64,000 nucleotides of DNA from NCBI GenBank assembly GCA_016193315.1, contig JACPSJ010000001.1, positions 155,981 through 219,980 of the forward strand. The letters run 5' to 3'. The notes under the pieces are model-generated. The model did no database searches. It was not told the DNA's origin and saw only the letters and a list, made by a program, of their open reading frames with translations. The DNA comes from Candidatus Kerfeldbacteria bacterium. GTDB lineage: Bacteria; Patescibacteriota; Patescibacteriia; SBBC01; CAIJZX01. The translations under genes and the position numbers were made by a program. The number at the start of each line of letters is the position of its first letter. Positions within the stretch are counted from its first letter, which is position 1. Positions 1-9,684 of this stretch are shown piece by piece.

Positions 1-159
1 CCGTACGTTGCAACTCGGCCGCGCGGCACACGGCGAACCATGTTGTAGATCCGAAAATAGAGGTTTTGCCCACGTCCCATGCTGCCATTGTACCGGATAT
101 GACCGAATACCAAAACCGCCGTCTCAAGTCTGGACGGCGGCTTGGGCTCTCTGGCTCCC

Positions 160-1320
160 TCAAGGTGCAGTCAGATCGAATAGACTCTGTATCCGCATAT
201 TCGTATTGCTGATGATCGATTCTGGAGGTTGCGGCCGCTGCGGCCTGGGAATTGGCAATGGCCGTGGGCGATGGATTGATGGCGGGGTGATATTGACGTT
301 CGGACGGGGAGAGGCATTGGCGTTCAACTTGACGGAGATGTTGATATTGAGTGCCTGCCGCACCCGAACGAGCAGTTTCGCCTCTTGGGCCAGCATGTGC
401 GCCCGCTGGAAGAGACGGAAGGCTTCAGCGAACTCATCCGCTTCCAGCTTGGCCTGGCCCTCAGCCACCAGATCTTTCGCCGACTCAAGTTTTACTTTGG
501 CCTCGGCCACTACCTCGGTCCCCAGACGGTCTTCCCACTTGGCGATAAACTTTTCCACTTCGGCTATTTTGTGGTTGGCGGCCTTCAGCCGGCGAGTGGC
601 CGCCGCCTCAAGGTTGGGGCGAGCCGAGGCCACCGCGGCTTCGTGCTTGATCCGTACTTCGGCCGCCGCCGCGGCCGCCGATTCGACGGTGGTGACGATG
701 CTAATGCTAGCCGTTCCACCTTGCTCGGCCGCGCTGGTGGCGGTCGCGGACAGGCGAGTCAGAATGCTTTGGTGGGCATGGAGGGTAGCTTCGAGGTTCG
801 AACTTAGGCGAGCTGCTTGTTCATGTCCATCGGCGGCCATTCGGTCGATCAGTGCACGGATCTTCATCTCACCGTGTTTGAAACTCGCTTCAATGGCCGC
901 TTGGGCCGTGGCATCTAATCTGCCGCTGGCTGCCAGCGCCTCCGCTTCCTCCAGTCGGCGCTCCAAGCGGCGCATGTCCCAGTTCGCCCGTGCCTCCGAG
1001 GAGAAACTGAACGCCGCCCGAACTTCTTCGTTGACACCAACTTTCCATTGGTAGAGCGGATCGCCCGGCCGAGCGCTTTCGGCGGCCGCGGCCACGCCGC
1101 TGCTAACCACCACGGCGGCGGCGATGATGACACTGAGGATGGGCATCAGCTGAAGACGATGAGGGATAAGAATAGTTTTCCAGCGTCGCCACCCATGACG
1201 GTCGATCGACTCACCTCTTACCAGGCGTTCAAGTTTGTGCCGCAGCGACGCCGACTCCGCATCGGTCAGCCGGACGGATTGTAGACGCCGCAGGAATTGT
1301 GACCAGTTCTTAGATTCCAT
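160..1320 (-). CDS. DUF5667-like membrane-anchored protein, putative anti-sigma factor
   Basis: TM helix then AESARPGDPLYQWKVGVNEEV motif typical of DUF5667; overlaps the end of the ECF sigma gene. Confidence 0.7.
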   Translation of the reverse strand: MESKNWSQFLRRLQSVRLTDAESASLRHKLERLVRGESIDRHGWRRWKTILIPHRLQLMPILSVIIAAAVVVSSGVAAAAESARPGDPLYQWKVGVNEEVRAAFSFSSEARANWDMRRLERRLEEAEALAASGRLDATAQAAIEASFKHGEMKIRALIDRMAADGHEQAARLSSNLEATLHAHQSILTRLSATATSAAEQGGTASISIVTTVESAAAAAAEVRIKHEAAVASARPNLEAAATRRLKAANHKIAEVEKFIAKWEDRLGTEVVAEAKVKLESAKDLVAEGQAKLEADEFAEAFRLFQRAHMLAQEAKLLVRVRQALNINISVKLNANASPRPNVNITPPSIHRPRPLPIPRPQRPQPPESIISNTNMRIQSLFDLTAP

Positions 1321-1804
1321 AGGCCAGCGTTTGTTTTAACTGCCGGATGGCTCGATGCAGTCGAACGGAGATAACATTTGGCGATTCGCCGAGTATCTCA
1401 GCGATCTCACGGGGTTCGAGGCCGTTGACATAACGCATCACAAAGACTTCGCGGTAATCAGGGTTGAGATCCTTAACGATCCGGAGCACCGCATCGGCGT
1501 CAAGTTTCGTTTCCGTCACTTCCGCCCCCGGTCCAGCCGGCTCAAATCCCTCGGCTTGAAGCTGATCAAGCGACAGCGCCCGCTTTTTGCGGGATTCGTC
1601 GATCAGTAAGTTGTTGGCCACCCGGTAGAGAAAAGCTTTCATGTTGAGAATCTTTTGGCCACGCTGCATGTATTCCCAGGCCCGGAGATAGGTTTCCTGG
1701 ACTAAGTCTTTCGCTCGCTCGCGATCGAAAACCCGGTAGTAGCAATGCCGAAAAAGGGCGTCGGCGAGTTGATCATAGAGCTGAAGGAATTCATCGGCCG
1801 ACAT
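1310..1804 (-). CDS. ECF RNA polymerase sigma factor
   Basis: Region 2 (AKDLVQETYLRAW, AFLYRVANN) and region 4 (EIAEILGES..VRLHRA) motifs. Confidence 0.93.
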   Translation of the reverse strand: MSADEFLQLYDQLADALFRHCYYRVFDRERAKDLVQETYLRAWEYMQRGQKILNMKAFLYRVANNLLIDESRKKRALSLDQLQAEGFEPAGPGAEVTETKLDADAVLRIVKDLNPDYREVFVMRYVNGLEPREIAEILGESPNVISVRLHRAIRQLKQTLAYGI

Positions 1805-1843
1805 GGGGCTAGTATTACTTATGACGAGACGATCGCATTGTTC

Positions 1844-2587
1844 TTACACCAACCTGGGTAGCCACCCGGCTTTTATCATCGTCTCCCGCTGCAATCCAAA
1901 CCATTCCCGGTAGCCGATCCCGTTCGGGTGGAACCGGTCGGCCGAGTAATAGTGGGCGGGATTCTTTAACCAGCGGTCTTCTCCGCGCTCGACAAAGGGA
2001 TCGATGTACATCACGCCATGTCGATCGGTGGCCGCCCGGAAAATTTCCCGCAGGCGGCGTGAGCGGCGGGTGAACAAACGACTGAAGAATGGTGGAAAGA
2101 GCGGCGCATTGCCGATGTTACCCTGACTCATGAGCAAAACATGTGTACCAATTCGTCTGGCTAGGGTCAACACCGAGTCAATCGCGGCCGGGAGTTCTTG
2201 GTCACTGGTGAATTGAACTACATCATTGCCACCCACCAGGATGATGATCACGTCAAAGTGTTGATCAGTGACGCGACGCAGTTGTTTGACTACCGTTGCC
2301 GTGCGCGTCCCGTTTTGACCGCCGTTGACGATCCTGGCGTCCGGGTAGGCCTGACCGAAATACCCAACCACAGTCTGGTCCGGCCGGTCAGCGCCGGTGC
2401 CGACGACGGTACTGTCGCCCACGAAGAGTAGGCGTGGTCGGCCGGGACTGACTGGTCGCTGAAAAGCGACCGCCAAAGCTGGGGCCGGCCGGCCAATGCC
2501 GATCTGCTTGATGGTCTCGCGGATAACCAGAAACAGCTGCCCCCGCAGGAGTAGCAGAAAACCAATCAACGGGAGCGGAATCTGCAT
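1844..2587 (-). CDS. SGNH/GDSL hydrolase
   Basis: FVGDST, GGND and DRFHPN blocks. Confidence 0.88.
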   Translation of the reverse strand: MQIPLPLIGFLLLLRGQLFLVIRETIKQIGIGRPAPALAVAFQRPVSPGRPRLLFVGDSTVVGTGADRPDQTVVGYFGQAYPDARIVNGGQNGTRTATVVKQLRRVTDQHFDVIIILVGGNDVVQFTSDQELPAAIDSVLTLARRIGTHVLLMSQGNIGNAPLFPPFFSRLFTRRSRRLREIFRAATDRHGVMYIDPFVERGEDRWLKNPAHYYSADRFHPNGIGYREWFGLQRETMIKAGWLPRLV

Positions 2588-2598
2588 TGGGTAATGGT

Positions 2599-3144
2599 CT
2601 AGGCTTGGTCGAGTCGGGCGTGCCAGTAGAGCCCGATGATCGGCCTGACCGGTTTACCACGCCTGGTACCAAAGGTCCAGTGGTGAAGAGTTGGCACGCC
2701 GGTCGAACTGCGGTTGCTAATGGCGCGGCCGCGGCCGAGGTAGAAACCGAGATGCTGGTGCTCTTCGCCATCGGCGAACTTCTGCGATGCCCAGCGAATG
2801 ACCCACCCCGGCCGCGGCCGCGCACCACCCCTCGGCCTTCGGCCGTTTCCCCTCCTCAATCCCCGCTGGCGCGGGGAGGAGGGGAGATGACGCCAACCGG
2901 AGCGCTTCATGTCGGCGACGGTGCCGGCCACGGTCAGATGGACACCACGGAGAAGATTAAAAAGACGGAGGATGCTGGAGACGTAAAAGGCGCACGATAG
3001 CTCACCGCGCCGGACGAGATTCTGCCGCCGGTCGTCAGCCAGGCCGTACGCCGAGCGCCAGATCTTGGACCCAGCGCTGTTCTTCAGTACCGCCAGATAG
3101 GTGTCAGCGGTCAGGAGCCTTATTGCTGCCTGTTTCTTTGTCAT
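2599..3144 (-). CDS. hypothetical protein, possible NlpC/P60-like Cys-His fold, with an in-frame palindrome
   Basis: SCAFYVSSIL and HLGFYLG motifs; start taken at MTKK. Confidence 0.55.
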   Translation of the reverse strand: MTKKQAAIRLLTADTYLAVLKNSAGSKIWRSAYGLADDRRQNLVRRGELSCAFYVSSILRLFNLLRGVHLTVAGTVADMKRSGWRHLPSSPRQRGLRRGNGRRPRGGARPRPGWVIRWASQKFADGEEHQHLGFYLGRGRAISNRSSTGVPTLHHWTFGTRRGKPVRPIIGLYWHARLDQA

Positions 3145-3478
3145 GGCCGTGTTCTCGCAATTCATGGCGTAGCCAATTGGCGTAGGCCCTCGATAGATGC
3201 CCGACCCGGACTGAGCCGAAAAACGGCACTTGGTCGGAGTGGAGTTGTTTGACCACCCGCTCGATGGCGCGAACTCGGGTGGGCGTGGTGGTCAGGACTA
3301 AGGTCGTACCCTGGCCTCGCTCCAGCTGACCGGATCGCGGCGGCCAGAAATAGCCGCTGGCTTGGCGCAGCCAGACGTCGAAGCAAGCGGCCAAACGCTT
3401 GGCGACCACCGCTTCGCCGATGGTTTGTGCCTCCGCCAATGACTTACAGTTGACGATCACCCAGATGGCAGTTTTCAT
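3104..3478 (-). CDS. cutA: divalent-cation tolerance protein CutA
   Basis: EAQTIGEAVVAKRLAAC and VKQLHSDQVP motifs, length. Confidence 0.85.
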   Translation of the reverse strand: MKTAIWVIVNCKSLAEAQTIGEAVVAKRLAACFDVWLRQASGYFWPPRSGQLERGQGTTLVLTTTPTRVRAIERVVKQLHSDQVPFFGSVRVGHLSRAYANWLRHELREHGHDKETGSNKAPDR

Positions 3479-3554
3479 GTCGCTAGTATAGCAGACTCAG
3501 CCGGATGCTGGCGGGACGCCAGGCATGGTATGCTTTCAACTAGCGGACGTGACG

Positions 3555-3734
3555 ATGAGTCCTGACCACCCTCAACTCCCAGCACACACGACTCGTTTCG
3601 ACGATCAAGCCGGACCGGTGTGGCAGTTTTTTCTCCACTACTACGAAGGGATTATCGTCGGCCTCGGCTTGGTTCTGTTCGGCATTCTGTGGTGGCGCCA
3701 ACGGCGCCGGCAGCCACGTCACAGTCAAAACTGA
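3555..3734 (+). CDS. small single-pass membrane protein
   Basis: One TM helix with basic tail; followed by a hairpin at 3737-3760. Confidence 0.4.
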   Translation: MSPDHPQLPAHTTRFDDQAGPVWQFFLHYYEGIIVGLGLVLFGILWWRQRRRQPRHSQN

Positions 3735-3796
3735 ACAACCCCGCCGGCCGGCGGGGTTGTGCTTTATACCAAAACGTTGGTACGTACCTCTGAGAC

Positions 3797-4210
3797 TTAC
3801 ATCTGGCCACCCGGTTGGCCACCCATTGGGCCGCCCATTGAACCACCTGATGGCGGCATGTTTGGCATGGTTGGCGCGGCGGGCGCTGACTTCATGCCTC
3901 CTTTGGCGCCGGCCCAGACGATCAAGCCGAGGATACCGAGCACGGCGTGGACGATGGTGATCCAGATCGGCAAGTTGATGATGCCGAACAGGTCTTTGGT
4001 AAACAAGCCGACGACGGCCAGCAGGACGCCGACGATACCAACCCACATGGTGTATCCTTTATGCATTTTCGGCAGGGCCACACCCAAGAAGCCGGCGACA
4101 ATGTGGAAAACGGCGTGGGCGGGCAAGAGTTTGATCGACTCGAAGAAGAAGTTGAGAATCCCAACAACGATCAGGACCCACCCGACGATCATAGCAAATT
4201 GTTTGGTCAC
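3797..4210 (-). CDS. four-TM membrane protein (DUF4383-like) with Gly/Pro/Met tail
   Basis: Four hydrophobic helices; AAAGGGGGTG upstream of start. Confidence 0.7.
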   Translation of the reverse strand: MTKQFAMIVGWVLIVVGILNFFFESIKLLPAHAVFHIVAGFLGVALPKMHKGYTMWVGIVGVLLAVVGLFTKDLFGIINLPIWITIVHAVLGILGLIVWAGAKGGMKSAPAAPTMPNMPPSGGSMGGPMGGQPGGQM

Positions 4211-4666
4211 ACTCTCACCCCCTTTCGGTCAGTCATAAACGATTTCCACAGGTAGTATAGCATACCTGTTTAATGTTGCTTGACTGAGCGAAATCGGTAA
4301 CCTGACCAGCGGTACAAACGGTCGGTCAGGCGGGTGAATGGGATGGCTAGACCGATGATGGCGGCCAGAAAGAGGACCAACCCCCACGGCCAAACTAGAA
4401 CCAAAGGCTGGCGCCATGGCCACGAACCGATAGCATAGCGGACGAGGACGAGTTGAGTGCACGGTGCGTTGAGTGTTTTTTTGGTATATCACGATGCGAA
4501 GCGTTACTTCTATTCTATGTTGAACTGTGACCCCGAAGCAAATGCGATCTTGCTCGGTCCGACCGCCCGTGATACTGTAGCTCCGCTAGTGTCCCGGCTC
4601 CCCGTTGAAACGACTCGCACCGCTCGTCGTTCACGGGGCAAGCAGCAGATAGTCTGGCACCAAATC

Positions 4667-4739
4667 GCGCCCGTAGCTCAGTGGATAGAGTACATGGCTT
4701 CGGACCATGGGGTCGCAGGTTCGAATCCTGCCGGGCGCG
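4667..4739 (+). tRNA. tRNA-Arg(TCG)
   Basis: Acceptor GCGCCCG/CGGGCGC, anticodon arm CATGG-CTTCGGA-CCATG, T arm GCAGG-TTCGAAT-CCTGC. Confidence 0.95.
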
Positions 4740-4749
4740 GTTTGGCGCT

Positions 4750-5370
4750 AGCTTCGGACCAGAAGGGTCGCGGCCGGTTGCGAAGCAAAGAAGATGAACT
4801 GCTTCATCTTCGTCCGGCCGCGACGGGTGACGCCATGCTTCGAAGGAGCAGGCGGCACCCAGGAACGGGGTTCGAATCCCTCAGGGCGCACCATTGAAAA
4901 TACGTCCCGCGAAGGCGGGACCTTCATTCGGTTGCGACCGAGGGATGAGAAGGGCAGGAGTGAGGCCGAGCAGAGCGACGGCCGAACGTCCGCCGAGCTG
5001 CCAGTGGCAGGTCGGCGCTGACCAGGGTCGAATCCCTCAGGGCGCGCCCGCGCCCGTTTGGATTCGAAGGGGTCGAGACTACAAGCGAAGCCAACTGCTT
5101 GGCTTCGCTCGCGACCGCCGAGACGGGCGAGCCGATGTTCCGAAGGAACAGCGAGACCCAGGCTCGAGCACCCCTGGTCCCGGATCAAGTCTGGGATGGC
5201 GGGAGAGCGCAAGCCCCGGCCTCGAAGAGGCGAATCCCTCAGGGCGCGATTCGACAAATAATTTGCTTTTGGCCCGGTCCGGACGCAGGCCGCGTCCCAT
5301 AAATCAGCCCCGGCTTTCGCCCGGGGTAAACTCCGCGAATTTTGCGGGATTCGAATCCTGCCGAGCGCTG
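4750..5370 (+). repeat. degenerate tRNA-Arg 3' fragments interleaved with structured elements
   Basis: CGAATCCCTCAGGGCGC recurs at ~4873, ~5029, ~5231; TTCGAATCCTGCCGAGCGC at ~5350; AACTGCTT at 4797 and 5093. Confidence 0.75.
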
Positions 5371-5479
5371 GGACTTGTCTTTTCCCATGATTTGTGTATA
5401 CTCATGGTGTGCGGTTGTTGATCGGTTGGTCGTCGACTGCATCCGCAACAAAAGGCGTCAAAACAAAACGGAGGACTCT

Positions 5480-5728
5480 ATGTCCGAACACGCGCTGGAA
5501 GTACTGCCGAGCGGCGAAGGAGAGCCGTCGGAGTTTGCGCGCTCGGGCGGCGAGATCCTCGAGCGCGACGATGCCGGCCGCCCGCGACGGTGGCTTTGTG
5601 GCTTTGACAAGGAGGGGCACAAGATCGACCCGCCCGATCTCAACGGCTCACCCGTTCTCCATGAGCTTGATGCTCGAGGAAGATGGGAGGGGCGTCGTTC
5701 CGGACGCGGAGGATTTGGCCGAATATGA
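5480..5728 (+). CDS. hypothetical protein
   Basis: GGAGGA RBS before ATG 5480; 82 aa. Confidence 0.5.
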   Translation: MSEHALEVLPSGEGEPSEFARSGGEILERDDAGRPRRWLCGFDKEGHKIDPPDLNGSPVLHELDARGRWEGRRSGRGGFGRI

Positions 5729-6039
5729 CACCTGGCCTCACCACTAGCCCCGACTCGACGGAGCCGCGGCTTCGAAACGTCGACCACGAGACTGGGCCCC
5801 TGGCCGCAGTCTCTTTTTTTGAGTGGACGATTCTAGTACAGTTGCCAGAGGCACCGCTTTTTGCTTCAATGCAGGCATCGGGGTGTGGCCTAGCGGTAAG
5901 GCGTCCCGCACCGAATCGGGGATTAGCGCCCCGTAAAATGCCGTCTCTCGGCAAGCTCGAGACGGAATCACGGGGCAAGCAGTTGGAAGCCCGCCTGCTT
6001 CTTGCCCGTCACAACACCATCAAGAGTTTCCCGCAGAGT

Positions 6040-6112
6040 CGGGGCGTGGCGCAGCTGGTAGCGCGCGTGGTTTGGGACCACGAGGTCGCGAGTTCAAATC
6101 TCGCCGCCCCGA
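6040..6112 (+). tRNA. tRNA-Pro(TGG)
   Basis: Acceptor CGGGGCG/CGCCCCG, anticodon arm CGTGG-TTTGGGA-CCACG, T loop TTCAAAT. Confidence 0.95.
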
Positions 6113-6131
6113 CTCTGCGGACAATACGCGA

Positions 6132-6269
6132 TGGGAGCGGGAGGGTCGAGGCCGCGAGCGAAGCGTCAGCGACAGAACTGCTTCTGTCGCGGCGGCTGAG
6201 ACGGGCGTCGCCCTGCTACGCAAGAGCGGCGGCGCTCCGGACGCGGTTCGAGTCTCGGTACCCCGACCA
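6132..6269 (+). pseudogene. tRNA-Pro 3' fragment interrupted by GGGTCG/AACTGCTT element
   Basis: TGGGA anticodon remnant, element from 6143, then GGTTCGAGTC...CCCCGACCA. Confidence 0.65.
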
Positions 6270-6377
6270 TTCGAAACACAATCTAAAAAACACAGACCTC
6301 GGCCCGATGAATATTGGTCGGGCCTGAGTTCGAACCAAGCGGATCCGTCTCAACACCATTGTTGAACCATCGGTCTT

Positions 6378-7214
6378 ATGGGATACGAAATCAAATTGGA
6401 TAACGTTTTAAGTACAGCACGCGTTGGTATAAACCGTGCGTGGGTGTTTATGGGCCTCGGTGTCAATGCTGCTTCGATTGAGACCCTTACCCCAAACGTT
6501 ACGGGCGCTTCTTACCTTAAGCTTCTCCCGGACGAAATCTCCGCAGACAGTCTGCGAGAATTTAAAACTGAGTTCAGGACATGGGTCGTTGTCAAGGGTT
6601 TAGAGGAACTAATCGAAGTGTTTGGCGTTTTTCTTGAACAGCTATATTCTATGGTGCTGTTCGTTGATGCCTGGAAAAGTAAGGGGCAAGTTGACCAAAA
6701 ACAAATAAGCCAATTTACCGAAATGGGTATTAGGGAAAAACTGAATATCCTTAATCGAAATTTTGGCATTGGCACAGCGTTTAACGATGACATCGTGTCT
6801 GTAAATCAAGCGAGACACTGTCTTACCCATAGGCTGGGTATCGTCGCAACTCGAGACCTGAATACGTCCTCAGGCTTGAAAGTTCAGTGGCGCACACTTC
6901 AGCTCTACGGACACAATGAGGATGGCTCTGAGTTTGTCCCTGACATGGAACGATTTGAACCGGAAGGATTAAAAAAAGAACCAGTAGTGTTTCCAAGGGG
7001 CTCCCCTGCAAAGATGAGGAACGACCCACGTTCCAAAGTATTTCCGATCGGATCACGAGTAGTGCTGGAACCTCGCGATCTAAAAGAAATTTGTTTGTGG
7101 TTCTCTCTATTGCTGAATGAATTGAATGAGAGCGTAATTAAATATTGCGAGAAATCGGGTGTTCATGTTACGCGGCTTGCTGGACAAACTCCCGGAGCGA
7201 CTTCGAAGAGTTAA
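6378..7214 (+). CDS. putative HEPN-domain protein
   Basis: RHCLTH = RX4H motif in a helical context; AT-richer than flanks; directly after tRNA-Pro. Confidence 0.55.
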   Translation: MGYEIKLDNVLSTARVGINRAWVFMGLGVNAASIETLTPNVTGASYLKLLPDEISADSLREFKTEFRTWVVVKGLEELIEVFGVFLEQLYSMVLFVDAWKSKGQVDQKQISQFTEMGIREKLNILNRNFGIGTAFNDDIVSVNQARHCLTHRLGIVATRDLNTSSGLKVQWRTLQLYGHNEDGSEFVPDMERFEPEGLKKEPVVFPRGSPAKMRNDPRSKVFPIGSRVVLEPRDLKEICLWFSLLLNELNESVIKYCEKSGVHVTRLAGQTPGATSKS

Positions 7215-7229
7215 TGGAACAGATAAGGC

Positions 7230-7575
7230 GGAAGAGTGGGTGTCCGTCGCTAAGAATCATTGTTCTAACATCATCCACCAACCCCGACCAAGTTAGACAT
7301 TGAGAATTTTCGGAAGAAGGTACGCGCTCGCTTCGCTCGCGCGCTGGGGGGATTTTATTCTGATTTTCCGCCACAATTCGCCATTCGCCAGACCAATCCC
7401 AGCCGACTTTTTTGGCAAGCAGGCGGCGGTTCGTTCCAATTTTTTCCACCAACGATTTTATTTCATCAAAATCGATGGACGAAGCCAGTTTTTCGGCGTG
7501 GTGAGCGGTTAAAATCCATTCGCGCAAAGATTCGATCCAATTGTTTCCCTTTCGCCCAAAATCTGTCTTTTCCAA
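7230..7575 (-). pseudogene. C-terminal relic of a large serine recombinase
   Basis: NWIESLREWILTAHHAEKLAS..EIKSLVEKIGTNR..WSGLVDDVRT resembles CPR recombinase tails as I recall them; no catalytic domain. Confidence 0.5.
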
Positions 7576-7657
7576 TTGAGGTCGTGTGAACCACTATATG
7601 TCTGGGTACGTTACGTTTTCGACTGATTCCTTTGTCAAAATATGGTACACTACACAA

Positions 7658-9274
7658 ATGATAAAAACCAAGCAAAAGACTGTTCTACACATCCTCGCCC
7701 CCACAGCGGTCATCGCACTGGGTTTCTCGCTGCTCGGCGTCAGTGCTTTTGTTTTTTGGAATAGCGTTCGGCGGCCTACGACCACCATTAATAGAAATGT
7801 AACTTCCGCACCCACGCTGACGACGGACGTTGATACGACGCCGCCGACAGTTTTTTTTGTAAGCCCAACCAACGGACAGACCGTTTCGGGTTTGGCGGAC
7901 ATTACGGCGAACGCCAGCGACAATTCCGGGATTCTCAAGGTTGATTTTTTCCTTGATGAAACAAAGCTGCTCGGCACGGTCACACCAATAGCCCGAGGAA
8001 TCTGGTTATCGCCCGATGAGATCATGGCGTTGCCGATCACAAGTCAGCTTGGTTGTGAGACCGGCACACCGTGCGCCGCGGCGTGGACCGCCATGCGGAG
8101 CGAAGCGGAGAGGCTGGTTCCAGGCAACGCTGATATTTCCGATCAGGATTCCTATCATGATGTCCAGACCATGGCCGCGGCCTTGGTTTGCGTTCGAACT
8201 GGTGAATTCTGTGCCCCAGCCCGACAGGCCGTACTGGCGGCAATCGGTACCGAGGAAAGAACCTTAACGACGCCGACTGAACCCCCGGGAAATCAGTGGT
8301 TGGCAGTGGGCAGAAACCTCGGCGCCTACGTCATTGCCGCGGACCTGCTCGATTTGCGGGCAAGCGCTAGCCCCGAGGGCCGACAGGTCCAAGACTGGAT
8401 CCAAAGTTTCATCGGCCGCGTGGCGAGTTTAGGCGCCTCCTTCGGCGCCTTTCAAAGCGGTTCAAACGCCTCGGCCCAAGAGGGCTTTGTCTATGCCGCC
8501 GTCGCCGCTTTCTTGCATGACGCCGATGAGCTGGCATACGTTTGGAATCGATTTCAATTTTTTACCGGCGCCAGCAACGAGGGAACAGATGACATTGATC
8601 TCAACAAGGGCCTTGAGTATGGCTGGGCTCACAACGACGATCCCAACCTGGCGCTTCCGATTAATCCAATTGGTTCGACCAAGGTCGTTCCATCGGGATA
8701 TCCGGGCGCGGGCACGACGCATCGAGTTGACGGCGCCGTGATCAATGATCAGCGGAGAGGCGCTCAGTACCAGTGGCCACCCGTCTATACGCATTACCCC
8801 TGGGTCGGCCTGGAAGGGTCGATTCCGGCGGCGCTGATTCTTGAGCGCGCTGGGTATCGCTCGTTTGCCTCGGCCGATCAGGCTTTGTTCCGCGCGGTCG
8901 ATTACCAATGGTGGTTGGGTCAGGAATTGGGTCAAAGCCCGGCTTGCACTTTTGACTGTTGGTGGGATTACAACCGGGCCCTGGATATTAAGCACCTGGC
9001 CAACTGGCGGTACGGCACTGACCATCCGCACCTGACACCAGTGGCCGGCGGCCGAACAGTCGGTTTTACGGACTGGACGCATCCCACGTTGCTCGACATA
9101 GTCGCGATCGTTCCATACAGCATGACCTGGGATTTAACCCAACTAGTGAGCCTGGGTAATCACGTCTTGAGCGCCAAGTCCTGGGATACATCCGGTAATC
9201 TAGCGACCGCAGAGATTACAGTCTCTGTCTCCGACGATGGCGGCGGTGGCGGTATAAGAAAAATCCCAGAGTAA
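7658..9274 (+). CDS. membrane-anchored Ig-like (Big) domain protein with alginate-lyase-like helical domain
   Basis: N-terminal TM, DTTPPTV..ASDNSGILKVDF Ig strands, central LAVGRNLGAYVIAADLL..SNASA region, C-terminal Ig strands. Confidence 0.65.
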   Translation: MIKTKQKTVLHILAPTAVIALGFSLLGVSAFVFWNSVRRPTTTINRNVTSAPTLTTDVDTTPPTVFFVSPTNGQTVSGLADITANASDNSGILKVDFFLDETKLLGTVTPIARGIWLSPDEIMALPITSQLGCETGTPCAAAWTAMRSEAERLVPGNADISDQDSYHDVQTMAAALVCVRTGEFCAPARQAVLAAIGTEERTLTTPTEPPGNQWLAVGRNLGAYVIAADLLDLRASASPEGRQVQDWIQSFIGRVASLGASFGAFQSGSNASAQEGFVYAAVAAFLHDADELAYVWNRFQFFTGASNEGTDDIDLNKGLEYGWAHNDDPNLALPINPIGSTKVVPSGYPGAGTTHRVDGAVINDQRRGAQYQWPPVYTHYPWVGLEGSIPAALILERAGYRSFASADQALFRAVDYQWWLGQELGQSPACTFDCWWDYNRALDIKHLANWRYGTDHPHLTPVAGGRTVGFTDWTHPTLLDIVAIVPYSMTWDLTQLVSLGNHVLSAKSWDTSGNLATAEITVSVSDDGGGGGIRKIPE

Positions 9275-9684
9275 GGCTGCCGAAAAAAAGCGGCGACGGG
9301 CGGCCCTCGGTAAACTCGGGACAGGCAGGCGGGCGGAATTTTTACCCCGCACCCGAAGTGGTGCGGCGGCCCCCTTGAACCCCCTTCCGCCCGCCCGCCA
9401 GAAGGCTAAAAATTCGCCCTCTCCGGCAGAGCCGGATCCGGCTTCGCCGGAAAAAAAGGTTCGCGCAGCGTTCAGCAAATTCGACCACATAAAACAAAGT
9501 TTCGAAGATAAGCTCTCCAGCTCTCCGGGGATTGATGGGTAGTGAGTTCAAACCAAACCGCAAGACTTCCTTATCATCGCATGAACCGACACCCCATCGG
9601 GCTTTGGGGTACGAGGGCACAGCCGGTTTTTAGTTATTTTGATATATTGACAAAATTGATTTTCTTCGATATATATACGGTGAT

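Noticed and set aside
8-1054. 348-aa plus-strand ORF
   Set aside because: Antisense shadow of the DUF5667-like gene.
3800-3900. GGY-rich repeats in the membrane gene tail as an array-like signal
   Set aside because: Explained by Gly/Pro/Met codons with period 3; no promoter/terminator framing.
4750-4893. Intact intron-containing tRNA-Arg
   Set aside because: No matching 5' acceptor strand or D arm between the real tRNA and this fragment; treated as a relic.
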